From Acidobacteriota bacterium (GTDB lineage: Bacteria; Acidobacteriota; UBA6911; RPQK01; JAJDTT01), in the NCBI GenBank assembly GCA_965263035.1, contig OZ253580.1, forward strand, positions 2,464,001 through 2,528,000: a stretch of 64,000 nucleotides of DNA, given 5' to 3'. Under the pieces are notes generated by a model. That model searched no databases and was not told where the DNA came from. It saw only the letters and a list, made by a program, of their open reading frames with translations. A program made the position numbers and the translations under genes. Positions within the stretch are counted from its first letter, which is position 1. Every line of letters starts with the position of its first letter. Below are positions 12,045-21,056 of the stretch, in pieces.

Positions 12045-14256
12045 GGTCTTGAATGAGGTCCAGCAGGATCTTGATTCTGGGAACCAGGTTCGCCGGGGGT
12101 GACAACTCCAGGGCGCGCTTCAGGTGCTTCTCCGCTTCCGCCAGCTCTCCCCGGCGGCGGTGGAGAACTCCCAGATTGTAATGGGTCTCGGCGGCGGAAC
12201 GCAGGCCAATCGATTTCCGGTAGAGGCGGACGGCGCGGCCGCCGTCGCCCTGCTTGTCGTAACCTCGCGCCAACAGGTTCAGACTCTCCGGGTCGGCTTG
12301 GATCCGGACGGCCCGCTCCAGATACGGAATGGCCTCATCGTATTGCTCCAGATGGACGTAGCTGAGGCCCAGGTTGAGTAGTCCCGGCCGGCTGCCGGGA
12401 TAGGCCTCCACGAACTTCTCCAGCTGGACGACCGCCTGCCGGTAGAGGTCCTGGGCCCGCTCATCCAGCTCTCGCTTCCGCGCGAAACGGCCTTCCTTGA
12501 ACGCTTCGGCCCCTTGACCCTGGAGGTGGCGAGCCTGGTCCAGGAAGAGTCCACCGATCGACAGCCAGACCATGCGGACGGCCGGATTCTGGTTCCGGAG
12601 CTTGAGAGCCGCCCGAAACCAGCCCAACGCCTCTTGGCGCAGCGGCAGGACCTGCTCGAATTCACCCGTCTCGACGGCGACCTCGGCGGCCGTTTCATAG
12701 CAGTTCCCCAGGTTGGCCAGAGTCATGAAATTCGAGTCGTCTCTCTTCAGAGCCTCCTCCATCGCCTCGCGACACTTGTCCAGCAGCTTCGACGCCAGAT
12801 CGTATTGCTTCCGGGCTCGCGCCCGCTCGGCCAGCTGGACGTACAGGGCGCCCAGATTACTCCACTCCAGGGCCCGGCTGGAGTCGAGCTCCAAGGCTCT
12901 CCGAACGTGTTTCAGGGCCAAGTCCGGCTTCTTCCCCATGTAGGTGACCGCGAGATTGCTGTGGGCCCGGTAGGACCGGGGCGCCTGTTCCGCGGTCGCC
13001 CGCCACAGGGTCTCCACGTCGGCCCAGTCCCGATTGCGCCCCACGGTGCGCACCGAGAAGACGACCAGGACGATGGCCAGCACCCCGAGAGCCAGTTCCC
13101 GAAACCCTCTCTCCCGGGAGACGTGATCCACCGCCACCCCTCCCACAAGGCACGCCCCGATCAGAGGGACGTAGAGAAAGTGGTCGGCCGCCAACTCGTG
13201 AAAGGGCAGGATCTGGAGCACCGGCACCAATGCCGTCAGGAACCAGCCCATCCCCAGGGAGACCAGGGGCCGGGACGGGTAGATCCGGACGGCCACGGCG
13301 GCGAAGGCCGCCAGCAGAAGCACCGACAGCAGGGTCGACGCATCGGCGAACCCGGGAGAGAGGGCGAAGACGTCTCCCGTGTAGTCCGCAATCAACGGAT
13401 GGGGGAACAGCGCCAGGCGCAGGTAGTGTGAGAAGAGCTTGAAGCAGGTGCCGGCGTGGGCCGCGAGGCTCCCTCCCCAGAGCCCCTCCATGCGGCTGGC
13501 CGGACTCAGAAAGAGCGCATAGTAGAACGAGGCCGCAGCCAAGACGAAACCCAGGGCGTAGGCGAGCCGGGAGCGCAGGAGAGTCCGGAGGACGCGGACC
13601 GTCACCGGCTCCCGTCCCGGATCTCGGGAGCGGTCCGTCCGGCACAGGTCCAGAATCAGGAGCAGCACCGGAAGCACGATGACCAGTTCCTTGGCCAGGA
13701 CCCCCACCACCAGGCAGGCGAGGCAGAGCAGGAGATACCGGCGCCGGCCCGTGTCCCGATAGGAGAGGAACGACAGGCACCCCGCAAGAATGAAGAAGGC
13801 GGCCAGCAGGTCTTTCCGTCCCGAAACGTAGGCCACGGCGGCGGTCTGAACCGGGTGGGCGGCAAAAAGGAGGGCTCCCGCCATCGCCAGGGTCCGGCGG
13901 CCGGTGACGGCCCGGAAGAGCCAGTAGACCAGGAGCGAATTGAGGGCGTGCAAAAGCAGGTTGAAGAGGTGGTACCCCGTGGGGTCCAGACCGCCCACCC
14001 AGTAGTTCAGCGCGTAGGTGAGCGTGCGGACCGGCCGGTAGACCCGGTGGCTCAGGATCTCTCCCCAGCGCAGCTCCGTCACCGTCCGATTCTGCTGGAT
14101 CAGGGTGAGGTCGTCGTGGACGAACTCGTGGCCCAGCGTATTCCAGTAGAGCCCCAGGACGACGGCCACGAGGAGGCACGGGTAGAGCAGGTCCGGCCGC
14201 CAGAGACGGGATCCGAACCCCGGGGGCGATCTCCTGTCTTTCCTTCTCGCCGCCAC
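11998..14256 (-). CDS. TMTC-like membrane glycosyltransferase (GT-C) with C-terminal TPRs
   Basis: FVHDD, YRP, YHLFNLLLHALN, LFAAHPV, GRKDLL, LAKE, ADHFLYVP, then TPRs (HSNLA, LLNLGL, HYNLG); start uncertain. Confidence 0.85.
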   Translation of the reverse strand: MAARRKDRRSPPGFGSRLWRPDLLYPCLLVAVVLGLYWNTLGHEFVHDDLTLIQQNRTVTELRWGEILSHRVYRPVRTLTYALNYWVGGLDPTGYHLFNLLLHALNSLLVYWLFRAVTGRRTLAMAGALLFAAHPVQTAAVAYVSGRKDLLAAFFILAGCLSFLSYRDTGRRRYLLLCLACLVVGVLAKELVIVLPVLLLILDLCRTDRSRDPGREPVTVRVLRTLLRSRLAYALGFVLAAASFYYALFLSPASRMEGLWGGSLAAHAGTCFKLFSHYLRLALFPHPLIADYTGDVFALSPGFADASTLLSVLLLAAFAAVAVRIYPSRPLVSLGMGWFLTALVPVLQILPFHELAADHFLYVPLIGACLVGGVAVDHVSRERGFRELALGVLAIVLVVFSVRTVGRNRDWADVETLWRATAEQAPRSYRAHSNLAVTYMGKKPDLALKHVRRALELDSSRALEWSNLGALYVQLAERARARKQYDLASKLLDKCREAMEEALKRDDSNFMTLANLGNCYETAAEVAVETGEFEQVLPLRQEALGWFRAALKLRNQNPAVRMVWLSIGGLFLDQARHLQGQGAEAFKEGRFARKRELDERAQDLYRQAVVQLEKFVEAYPGSRPGLLNLGLSYVHLEQYDEAIPYLERAVRIQADPESLNLLARGYDKQGDGGRAVRLYRKSIGLRSAAETHYNLGVLHRRRGELAEAEKHLKRALELSPPANLVPRIKILLDLIQDHVSRSQDHRRHPLPQ

Positions 14257-14258
14257 GA

Positions 14259-15401
14259 TCAGACTTCCCCTGCTTCCTTCGCTCCCAGCGACCGGGCCAT
14301 CTCCAGAATCCGGCCGGCCACCCGATCCCAACCCAGCTTCCGGTTGAATTCCAGGATGTGAGGCTGGAACCGTGGTCGCAAATCCCGGCGAAAGTAATCG
14401 ATCAGGAGACTCGCCAGCCGTCGGGAATCTCCGGGTGGAAAGAGGAGCCCGGTCTTGCCGTCCAGCACCACCTCCGAGAGTCCACCCACGTCGCTGGCGA
14501 TGACCGGGACGCCGAACTGGTAGGCCAGGGGGACGATCCCGCTCTGGGTCGCGCTCCGGTAGGGAAGCGCCACCACGTGGGCGCGGCGGAAGAGGGCGGG
14601 CACCTCCCGGTTGGGCACATAGGCGCCGGTCCAGAAGACCTCGCCGTCGAGGCCGAGAGCCCGGACCCGTTCCTTCAGGGGACGGGGATCGGAATAGAAC
14701 TCCCCCGCCACCACCAGTTCCGCCTCCAGCTCCCGGCGAACCCGGGCGAAGGCTTCGATGAGGACGTCGAGCCCCTTGTAGGCCCGGATGTTTCCGAAAA
14801 AGAGGATGCAGGGCTTCTCACCCGGCCCGGGCGATTCGGAGTCCCAGCGCCGGTAGAAGGAGTAGGCCGGATGGCGGACCTTACGTACCGGAGCGTTCGG
14901 ACGGAGCTCCCGCACCTGCCGCGCCAGGTCCTCCGACTGGACCAGGAACCCGTCCACGCGGCGAAAGGCCATCCTCACCAGCATCGTCTCCAGAAGACGG
15001 CTCCCCATCCGCTCGTGGGGGAAGACGTTGTGGCACAGAAACAGGATCACCGGAGCCGCCCGCTTCCGGACGCGCCGGATCAGGTCGGCGTAGGCCGGAC
15101 TGAAGAAGGGGTGCCACCATTGGAAGACCAGCAGTTCGGGTCCCCAGGCGGCGACTCTCCGGGCCGTGGCGGCCCAGCTCCCGGGAGCGAGAGGGCGGAG
15201 GAGCCTCTCGGATGGCACCCGCCAGGCGCTGGTGCTCCGGTCCAATTCCGAGCTTCCGGGAAACAGCAGCCGGGGATAGAGCTTCCGGAAGGAATAGATG
15301 CGCACCTGGTGCCGCCGCTCCAGCTCGCCGTACAGGGATGCGTTGTACTGGGCGATTCCGCCGCGGAAGGGATGGGCGGGACCCAGGAGGGCGATCCTCA
15401 T
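14259..15401 (-). CDS. Glycosyltransferase family 4
   Basis: MRIALLGPAHPFRGGIAQY, FFGNIRAYKGL, LPYRSATQSG. Confidence 0.92.
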   Translation of the reverse strand: MRIALLGPAHPFRGGIAQYNASLYGELERRHQVRIYSFRKLYPRLLFPGSSELDRSTSAWRVPSERLLRPLAPGSWAATARRVAAWGPELLVFQWWHPFFSPAYADLIRRVRKRAAPVILFLCHNVFPHERMGSRLLETMLVRMAFRRVDGFLVQSEDLARQVRELRPNAPVRKVRHPAYSFYRRWDSESPGPGEKPCILFFGNIRAYKGLDVLIEAFARVRRELEAELVVAGEFYSDPRPLKERVRALGLDGEVFWTGAYVPNREVPALFRRAHVVALPYRSATQSGIVPLAYQFGVPVIASDVGGLSEVVLDGKTGLLFPPGDSRRLASLLIDYFRRDLRPRFQPHILEFNRKLGWDRVAGRILEMARSLGAKEAGEV

Positions 15402-16372
15402 CCGGGCAGAGAGACCAGGGACTTGGAGCTGGCCTCCTCCGGTTCCACCACCCGGACTTCGCGCACCGAGTAGTCCCCTTCTCTGCGGGAGGAGTAGGCG
15501 ATCATCTCGGCCAGGAGCCCGAAGAAGATGAACTGGACGCCCATGATTAGGAACAGGATTCCCAGCATGAACAGGGGCCGGTCCTCGATCCAGCGACCCA
15601 GAAACCAGCCCACGGTGAGATATGCCTGGATGGAAAAGCCGGCCAGGAGCAGGACGACTCCCAGAATCCCGAAGACGTGCAGCGGCTTGCTGTTGTAGCG
15701 GGTCAACATGATCACCGTCAGGAGATCGAAGAATCCGCCCAGGAAGCGGCCGGCGCCGTACTTGCTGCGCCCGTGCGCGCGGGGAGCATGGTCCACCGGA
15801 ACCTCCCCGATCCGATAGCCGCGGTAGCTGGCCAGGACCGGAATGAACCGGTGCATCTCGCCGTAGACCTTCACCTCCCGGATCACCTCCCGGCGGTAGG
15901 CTTTGAGCCCGCAGTTGAGGTCGTGGAGCGGAACTCCCGTCAGGAGGGCGGTGACGAAGTTGAAGATTCGCGACGCGACGCGCTTGCGCCACGGGTCTTG
16001 GCGCTCGACCTTCCAGCCGGAGACCAGGTCGAACCCCTGCTCCAGTTGGGCCAACAGCTTGCCCACCTCCTGGGGAAGATCCTGAAGGTCCGCATCCATG
16101 GTGACGATGACCTCTCCCCGGGCATGCCGAAAACCGGCCGAAAGCGCCGCCGACTTGCCGAAGTTGCGGCGAAACCGAATGATCCGGATCCGGGAGTCCT
16201 GTTTCTGAAGGCGCTTCAGCGTGGAAAAGGAGCCGTCGGTGCTGCCGTCGTCGACGAAGATGATCTCCAAGCCGCCGGAATGCGAACTCAACTCCCGGAC
16301 GATGCCTTGGTAGAGTTCAGGGAGAGATTCCTCCTCGTTGAGGAGGGGAATCACCATGGAGATCAGTCTCAT
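15398..16372 (-). CDS. GT2 polyprenyl-phosphate glycosyltransferase (ArnC/GtrB-like)
   Basis: VDDGSTD, RRNFGKSAAL, MDADLQD, GEMHRFIP, two C-terminal TM segments. Confidence 0.92.
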   Translation of the reverse strand: MRLISMVIPLLNEEESLPELYQGIVRELSSHSGGLEIIFVDDGSTDGSFSTLKRLQKQDSRIRIIRFRRNFGKSAALSAGFRHARGEVIVTMDADLQDLPQEVGKLLAQLEQGFDLVSGWKVERQDPWRKRVASRIFNFVTALLTGVPLHDLNCGLKAYRREVIREVKVYGEMHRFIPVLASYRGYRIGEVPVDHAPRAHGRSKYGAGRFLGGFFDLLTVIMLTRYNSKPLHVFGILGVVLLLAGFSIQAYLTVGWFLGRWIEDRPLFMLGILFLIMGVQFIFFGLLAEMIAYSSRREGDYSVREVRVVEPEEASSKSLVSLPG

Positions 16373-16408
16373 GGGCGGATATTCGGGGCCGATTCTAACA
16401 CACCGATT

Positions 16409-16519
16409 GGGAACGGCGGCTTTCTTGCCGCCGATTGGGGGGGGTTAGGGGGGACGGTTAGTCCCCCCTCCTCTTCGTCTTCTTCAATCCGGAGGGGGCG
16501 ACAAGAAAGTCGCCCCTCC
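16409..16519. repeat. Composite REP doublet (REPIN-like), copy 1
   Basis: REP, G-run/GGACGGTTAGTCCC hairpin, pyrimidine tract, inverted REP; recurs at about 18000, 21057, 30191 and 35755. Confidence 0.85.
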
Positions 16520-16575
16520 TAAAAGGGGACTTGATGCTTGTCATATGTAGTGTGTAGTATACAGTACACACTCGA

Positions 16576-16959
16576 ATGAAGGACGATTCAAGTCGTCCCA
16601 GGGTCGACATGGCGTTTGGAGATTACATTCGAGAAGTTCGGGAGCGGCGACGGCGTGAGGACCGGACTTTCTCGTTAAGGCAAGTCGCAGGCCGCGTCGG
16701 AATCGAGCCGGCCTACCTGAGCAAGATCGAGCGGGGACAGACGCCGCCTCCTTCGGAGCGGACCATCCGCCGGCTCGCGAAGGAGCTGGACGAAGATGCG
16801 GACGTCCTGTTGGCGATGGGGGGGAAGGTTTCCAAGGACCTTCAGGAGATCGTGATGCTCCGTCCCAAGCTCTTCGCCGATCTGCTGCGTCAACTCCGGG
16901 AGGCACCAGATCACGCGGTGCTGCGGGTCGCGCGGGAGATCCGGGACGGGGATTGGTGA
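16576..16959 (+). CDS. XRE-family HTH transcriptional regulator
   Basis: FGDYIR, SLRQVAGRVGIEPAYLSKIERG, PPSE. Confidence 0.88.
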   Translation: MKDDSSRPRVDMAFGDYIREVRERRRREDRTFSLRQVAGRVGIEPAYLSKIERGQTPPPSERTIRRLAKELDEDADVLLAMGGKVSKDLQEIVMLRPKLFADLLRQLREAPDHAVLRVAREIRDGDW

Positions 16960-17004
16960 AGGACAGTGTTGTGGGAACCTGAGGGAACAGGAGAGGAGGA
17001 AAAA

Positions 17005-18000
17005 ATGATTGAACTTCGGCACGATAGGTTGACTTTCAGCTTTCCGGAGGTCCATGAGGAGGCGGGGTGCTCGATTTCGTTTTCGAGGACCCTGCGCATT
17101 CCGGACGACGACCTTGAGTATCCCCTGCCCCCGGGCATGGGGGAGTTTCCGTTGCACCATGTGGATGACTATGGCGGCCGCCTGCCGAAGCTCTGGAGCG
17201 ATCACGGCGGCGTCTTCATGCCCATGTACCAGGCGGAGGCGCTCTGGATTTCCTTCGATGGCGCGTACCCCATGGCCGTCAAGGTGGCCGCCGGGAAGGT
17301 CGACGCCGTTACGGGACAACCTTTTGGGAATGGGCTGAACCGGCGGCCTCAGGACTACGTCGTGATCCCGGACCAGCCCTGGCTCGACGGCTTCTGCGTG
17401 CGGAAGGGCCTGATCCGTCAGTTCGTCGCCATGCCCCTCGGGCAGGGCTATACGGCCGAGGAGCAGTTGACCGGCGCCGCGGAGCACGGCGGCCTGCAGA
17501 TCGTCGTCTATCCGATGAAGGCGTCGCGGTACGAGAGACTGAGGGCCGCGCGGCGCGAACCCTACGAAGCTGGTGTCGTCTGTTGTCACATGGCGGATCC
17601 CTGCCAAATGAGTCTGGCGCCCGGCGGGATGATGCGCCAGGAGGTCTATTCCGACGACTACGGATTCTCCGCCTGGGAGCGGGACGTCCGCTCGCGATGC
17701 TTCGTCCACCTGCTCAACAGCGGGCAATACCGCACGGTGACCGGATTCGCGCCGCCGTATGAGCCGCCCACCGCCGCCGACTACACCGAGGCCGGGCTCC
17801 CCTGGTTCGAGTATTTCGACGCCGACCTCGAGGCGCTGGAGGGGGCGACTCGGCTTGACCGCCTCGACAGCGTGGGGGCCCGCAGAGTGAAGGAGAGGAC
17901 ACCGCCGCTGGACGGGGGCGAGAACGTGGAACCCACACCGGCACAGATCAAGCGGCTGCGCAAAAGCCAAGTGGTCCGGGACGGAAGCGCCGCCTGGTAG
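17005..18000 (+). CDS. Hypothetical protein
   Basis: Long ORF with strong GAGGAGG RBS; motifs RTLRIPDD, PLPPG, PMYQAEALW, QPWLDG, RQFVAMPLG; function not recognised. Confidence 0.8.
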   Translation: MIELRHDRLTFSFPEVHEEAGCSISFSRTLRIPDDDLEYPLPPGMGEFPLHHVDDYGGRLPKLWSDHGGVFMPMYQAEALWISFDGAYPMAVKVAAGKVDAVTGQPFGNGLNRRPQDYVVIPDQPWLDGFCVRKGLIRQFVAMPLGQGYTAEEQLTGAAEHGGLQIVVYPMKASRYERLRAARREPYEAGVVCCHMADPCQMSLAPGGMMRQEVYSDDYGFSAWERDVRSRCFVHLLNSGQYRTVTGFAPPYEPPTAADYTEAGLPWFEYFDADLEALEGATRLDRLDSVGARRVKERTPPLDGGENVEPTPAQIKRLRKSQVVRDGSAAW

Positions 18001-18158
18001 GAGCGGCGGTTTTCTTGCCGCCGATTGGGGGGGGTAGGGGGGACGATTAGTCCCCCCTCCTCTTCGTCTTCTTCCTTCTCAATCCGGAGTGGGCGACAAG
18101 AAAGTCGCCCCTCCCAGCGGGCGGCAAGAAAGCCGCCCGTCCTAGCGGGCGACAAGAA
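18000..18158. repeat. Composite REP doublet copy 2 plus extra REPs (last one split by the intron)
   Basis: Near-identical to 21057-21175. Confidence 0.85.
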
Positions 18159-18801
18159 GTCGCGGTAGGGACACCGGTTGCCCAGCGCCCCCCGCGCAGA
18201 TCCGTGCGTGCCCGTTAAGGCACACGGCTCCTACCTCAGGTAGTGACGGCAGGTCGCGACGCCCGCCGTATCCGACCCCCGCCTGTGTCACGGTCATCCG
18301 GCTCTGGGTCCGGTCCGTACTTTGGTGAGCCGAATTCCCCTTGGCTCCATCCCTTCGCTCCACGGACTCCGCAGAAAGTTCCCCCTCTTTGTTCGCCCGC
18401 TTCATCACTACTATGGATGTATCCGATTGCTTGCTCTTTCCCCTCATGGGTTACGGCTTTCTCCTTTCCCACGAGGCCCCGGCTCTCGCCGGGGAGAGAC
18501 CAAGCCCTCCCAGGTCCCGACACCAGATGTACGTACGTGCATGGGTTCTTTGACACCGCGGAGCCCGGCCGTCCCTCACCTTGGCGGTCCAGCCGGTGTT
18601 GCCTTCGACCGCGACTACAGCCTCGGCACTTCCGATCAAGGAGCTTTCGATGCTCAATAGCCTGCCCATACGCACCGCTACCGACGCTTCGCCGACGCCC
18701 TCACGGACGCCCACGCACGGCTCGCGGAGAAACGTGGATGGTTAGTCCTTTCGTTTCAGCGGACTTTCACCGCCTATCTTGTGCCAGTTAGCCTGGCGCA
18801 C
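18159..18801 (-). mobile_element. ORF-less group II intron (IIB-like), 643 nt
   Basis: 5' GTGCG at 18801; domain V GAGCCGTGTGCCTTAACGGGCACGCACGGATC; 3' end CCCTACCGCGAC; no RT ORF. Confidence 0.9.
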
Positions 18802-18812
18802 AGTTGCCCCTC

Positions 18813-19487
18813 CTATTCCTTCTCGAAAAGGAGAAACTCCCTTTCTCTCAATCCGGCTCTCCTTGGATTCTCGCGGATATATTCCAGGCACTTCAAAAAG
18901 TGCAGAGGGTGCCGGATCAACCGATCCCAATAGTCTTTCTGCCAGATCTTGGCGTATTTTCCGGTCTTCTGGTTGATCACATGAGCCGTAAATCCCTTCC
19001 AGGATCTGACGATGTCTCTGAGATGATGAGAGCCAAGAGGGCGAAACAGCACATGGACATGGTTGGGCATCACGACGAAGGCGGCCAGTTCGTAACGCCG
19101 GCCGTCGAAATGCCGCAGTGAGTCAGCCACGACTCGGGCCAAGGCCGGATCCTTCAGGAGGCAGAACCCGTTCCCTTGATCCAGCCAGTCCTCGATTCGT
19201 CGAGAGAATTGATTGACGTAGCGTTTCGCCGTCCGCGCATCCCAGGGTCTTGGATGGTGTTTCAACCAGAATCTTCGTTCTTCCCGCCACTGATCCAGTT
19301 TGGCGTGTGGAAGCGAATCTCCCAGCCGCCAAGTCACGAAGACGAAGTGTTCACGCTTGTGCCAATGGGGCAGGCGGTTGTACCAAACGTCAATGGTTCC
19401 AGACTGATCAAAAGAGGAGCCGAAGCTTTCCAGCCACCAATTCTTCGAATCGCATGCCACAAATTTCCTAACGATCCCCTCACCCAA
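18813..19487 (-). CDS. REP-associated tyrosine transposase (RAYT, HUH Y1 family)
   Basis: LPHW, FVTWRLGDSLP, VVMPNHVH (HUH), WQKDYWDRLIR, YIRENP; REPs on both sides; start uncertain. Confidence 0.88.
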   Translation of the reverse strand: MGEGIVRKFVACDSKNWWLESFGSSFDQSGTIDVWYNRLPHWHKREHFVFVTWRLGDSLPHAKLDQWREERRFWLKHHPRPWDARTAKRYVNQFSRRIEDWLDQGNGFCLLKDPALARVVADSLRHFDGRRYELAAFVVMPNHVHVLFRPLGSHHLRDIVRSWKGFTAHVINQKTGKYAKIWQKDYWDRLIRHPLHFLKCLEYIRENPRRAGLREREFLLFEKE

Positions 19488-19927
19488 TCGACGATAGATT
19501 GGGAGTATCCATGTTGCAAGTGGTGGGTGCTAATCGGTGTTTCCATCCCGTGTCGTTAGTACGTGATCTGTCCGGTCCAAAGGGCACAGGGTTAGGAGGA
19601 GCGTTCTTCCGCCGGAGGTGAGGCGGAGATCGAGCTGGATCCAGCGGGCGCCGTGCAGGGGGCGATGAGTGGACCGATAACTGGATCGAGGGACCTGAGA
19701 TCGTCGACGTCAGTCCTCCGGGAGGTCCGGATACGCCCTGGGGAGCGTCGGGTCAAGCCTCCGGCTCCTCCGCTTCGCTGCGGCCCTTCGGGTGACCCGG
19801 CGCTCCCCAGGGCGTGAAGAGCTTTCATGGCCGTAAGCAAGCTTCCGGCCAGACTTGACCGGAAGTTCGACAGACGGCCATCAGGGGGTCCACACGCTCC
19901 CTTTCCTCACGGGGTCTCTCCGTGGCC

Positions 19928-20875
19928 TCAGAAGGTCGCTCGGGGCGCTACGGGCAACCAGGTGCGGTCCTGCCGGACGAGGGTGTTGGCCAGGACGATA
20001 AGCTTGCGCATGACGGCGACGAGGGCCACCTTGCCGGGCTTGCCGCGCTCGCTCAGCCTCCGGTACACCTCGGCCAAGTCGGGGTTCCAGCGCAGGGCGG
20101 CCACCGCCGGCATGTACAGGAGCCGTCGCGCCCGCGCCCGTCCGCCCCGGATGAAGGCCCGGCCCTGCCAAGCCCCCGACTCGCGCGGAACGGCGGCCAG
20201 CCCGGCCAGACTGGCGGCGGCCTTGCCGCTGAGGGCGCCCAGCTCGGGCATCTCGGCCAGCAGACCGGCGGCGGTGGTGGCCGCGATCCCGGGAATGGAG
20301 GTGAGGATCTCCAACTTGCGGGCCCGCGCCTCGTCGGCCGCAATCAGCGTCTGCAATTTGCGGTCGATGGCGCGCAGGTGGCGCTCGAACATGTTGATCT
20401 GGATCTGGTTCTGCTGTTTGAGCAGGGGTTCGCGGAGCTGTCGGCGGCGGTTGAGCGCGGCCGTGCGCTGGCGCATCAGCGCGTCCCGGGACGTCTGCAG
20501 ATCCTGGAGCCGGCGTTGCGTTTTGGACGGCACCTGGGTCCGGCGCGGCTCCAGCGTGGCGGCCAGCTGGGCCAGTTTCCGAGCGTCTACGGCGTCGGTC
20601 TTGGCGCGGCTCCCGGTCGCCTCGGCGAAGCGCCGCGCCTGCCAGGGGTTCACCTTCGCCAGCGGCAGCTTCGCTTTGGACAGCGCTTCCTCGAGGTCCC
20701 GGTGGTAGGGACCGGTGGCCTCGTACGCGATGCACTCGACCGGAGTTCCGATCCAATCAATCAGCGCCCGGAAGCCGGCCGGGTCATTGTCGAACTGGGC
20801 GGAATGGCCGTCGGCCAGCCGGTGCGCGTCCAGGTGCGCTTTCGAGATGTCGATGCCTACGGTATGCTGTTTCAT
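19928..20875 (-). CDS. IS110 DEDD recombinase/transposase
   Basis: GIDISK, YEATG, AKTDAVDA, SIPGI, RESG, VAVMRKL. Confidence 0.95.
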   Translation of the reverse strand: MKQHTVGIDISKAHLDAHRLADGHSAQFDNDPAGFRALIDWIGTPVECIAYEATGPYHRDLEEALSKAKLPLAKVNPWQARRFAEATGSRAKTDAVDARKLAQLAATLEPRRTQVPSKTQRRLQDLQTSRDALMRQRTAALNRRRQLREPLLKQQNQIQINMFERHLRAIDRKLQTLIAADEARARKLEILTSIPGIAATTAAGLLAEMPELGALSGKAAASLAGLAAVPRESGAWQGRAFIRGGRARARRLLYMPAVAALRWNPDLAEVYRRLSERGKPGKVALVAVMRKLIVLANTLVRQDRTWLPVAPRATF

Positions 20876-21055
20876 CTTTCCTGTCTCCTGTGCTTGTCAT
20901 TCGGGCCTTGATGCCCTCGTATCCATTCAGGACATCGGGAAAGACGGTGGCCGACCTCACTCCCATACGGTTCGTAACAGTCCGCGGCGGTACGGTCCAG
21001 CCACCGCCGTCCGGGTCGCTCATGAGCGACCCGGACGGCCCCATTTAAACAGACA
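20876..21055 (-). ncRNA. Putative IS110 bridge RNA (copy 1)
   Basis: 5' hairpin, then a loop with ACCGCCGC/TGGGAG (matches target flanks) and a loop with ATGGATAC/GACAAG (matches element ends). Confidence 0.75.
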
Positions 21056-21056
21056 A

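Noticed and set aside
18142-18930. Short ORFs inside the group II introns (also 24722-25600)
   Set aside because: No RT or maturase motifs; they are incidental frames across structured RNA.
18813-19487. IS200/IS605 TnpA with TnpB
   Set aside because: No tnpB present; the length, the FVTWRL..SLP motif and flanking REPs fit RAYT.
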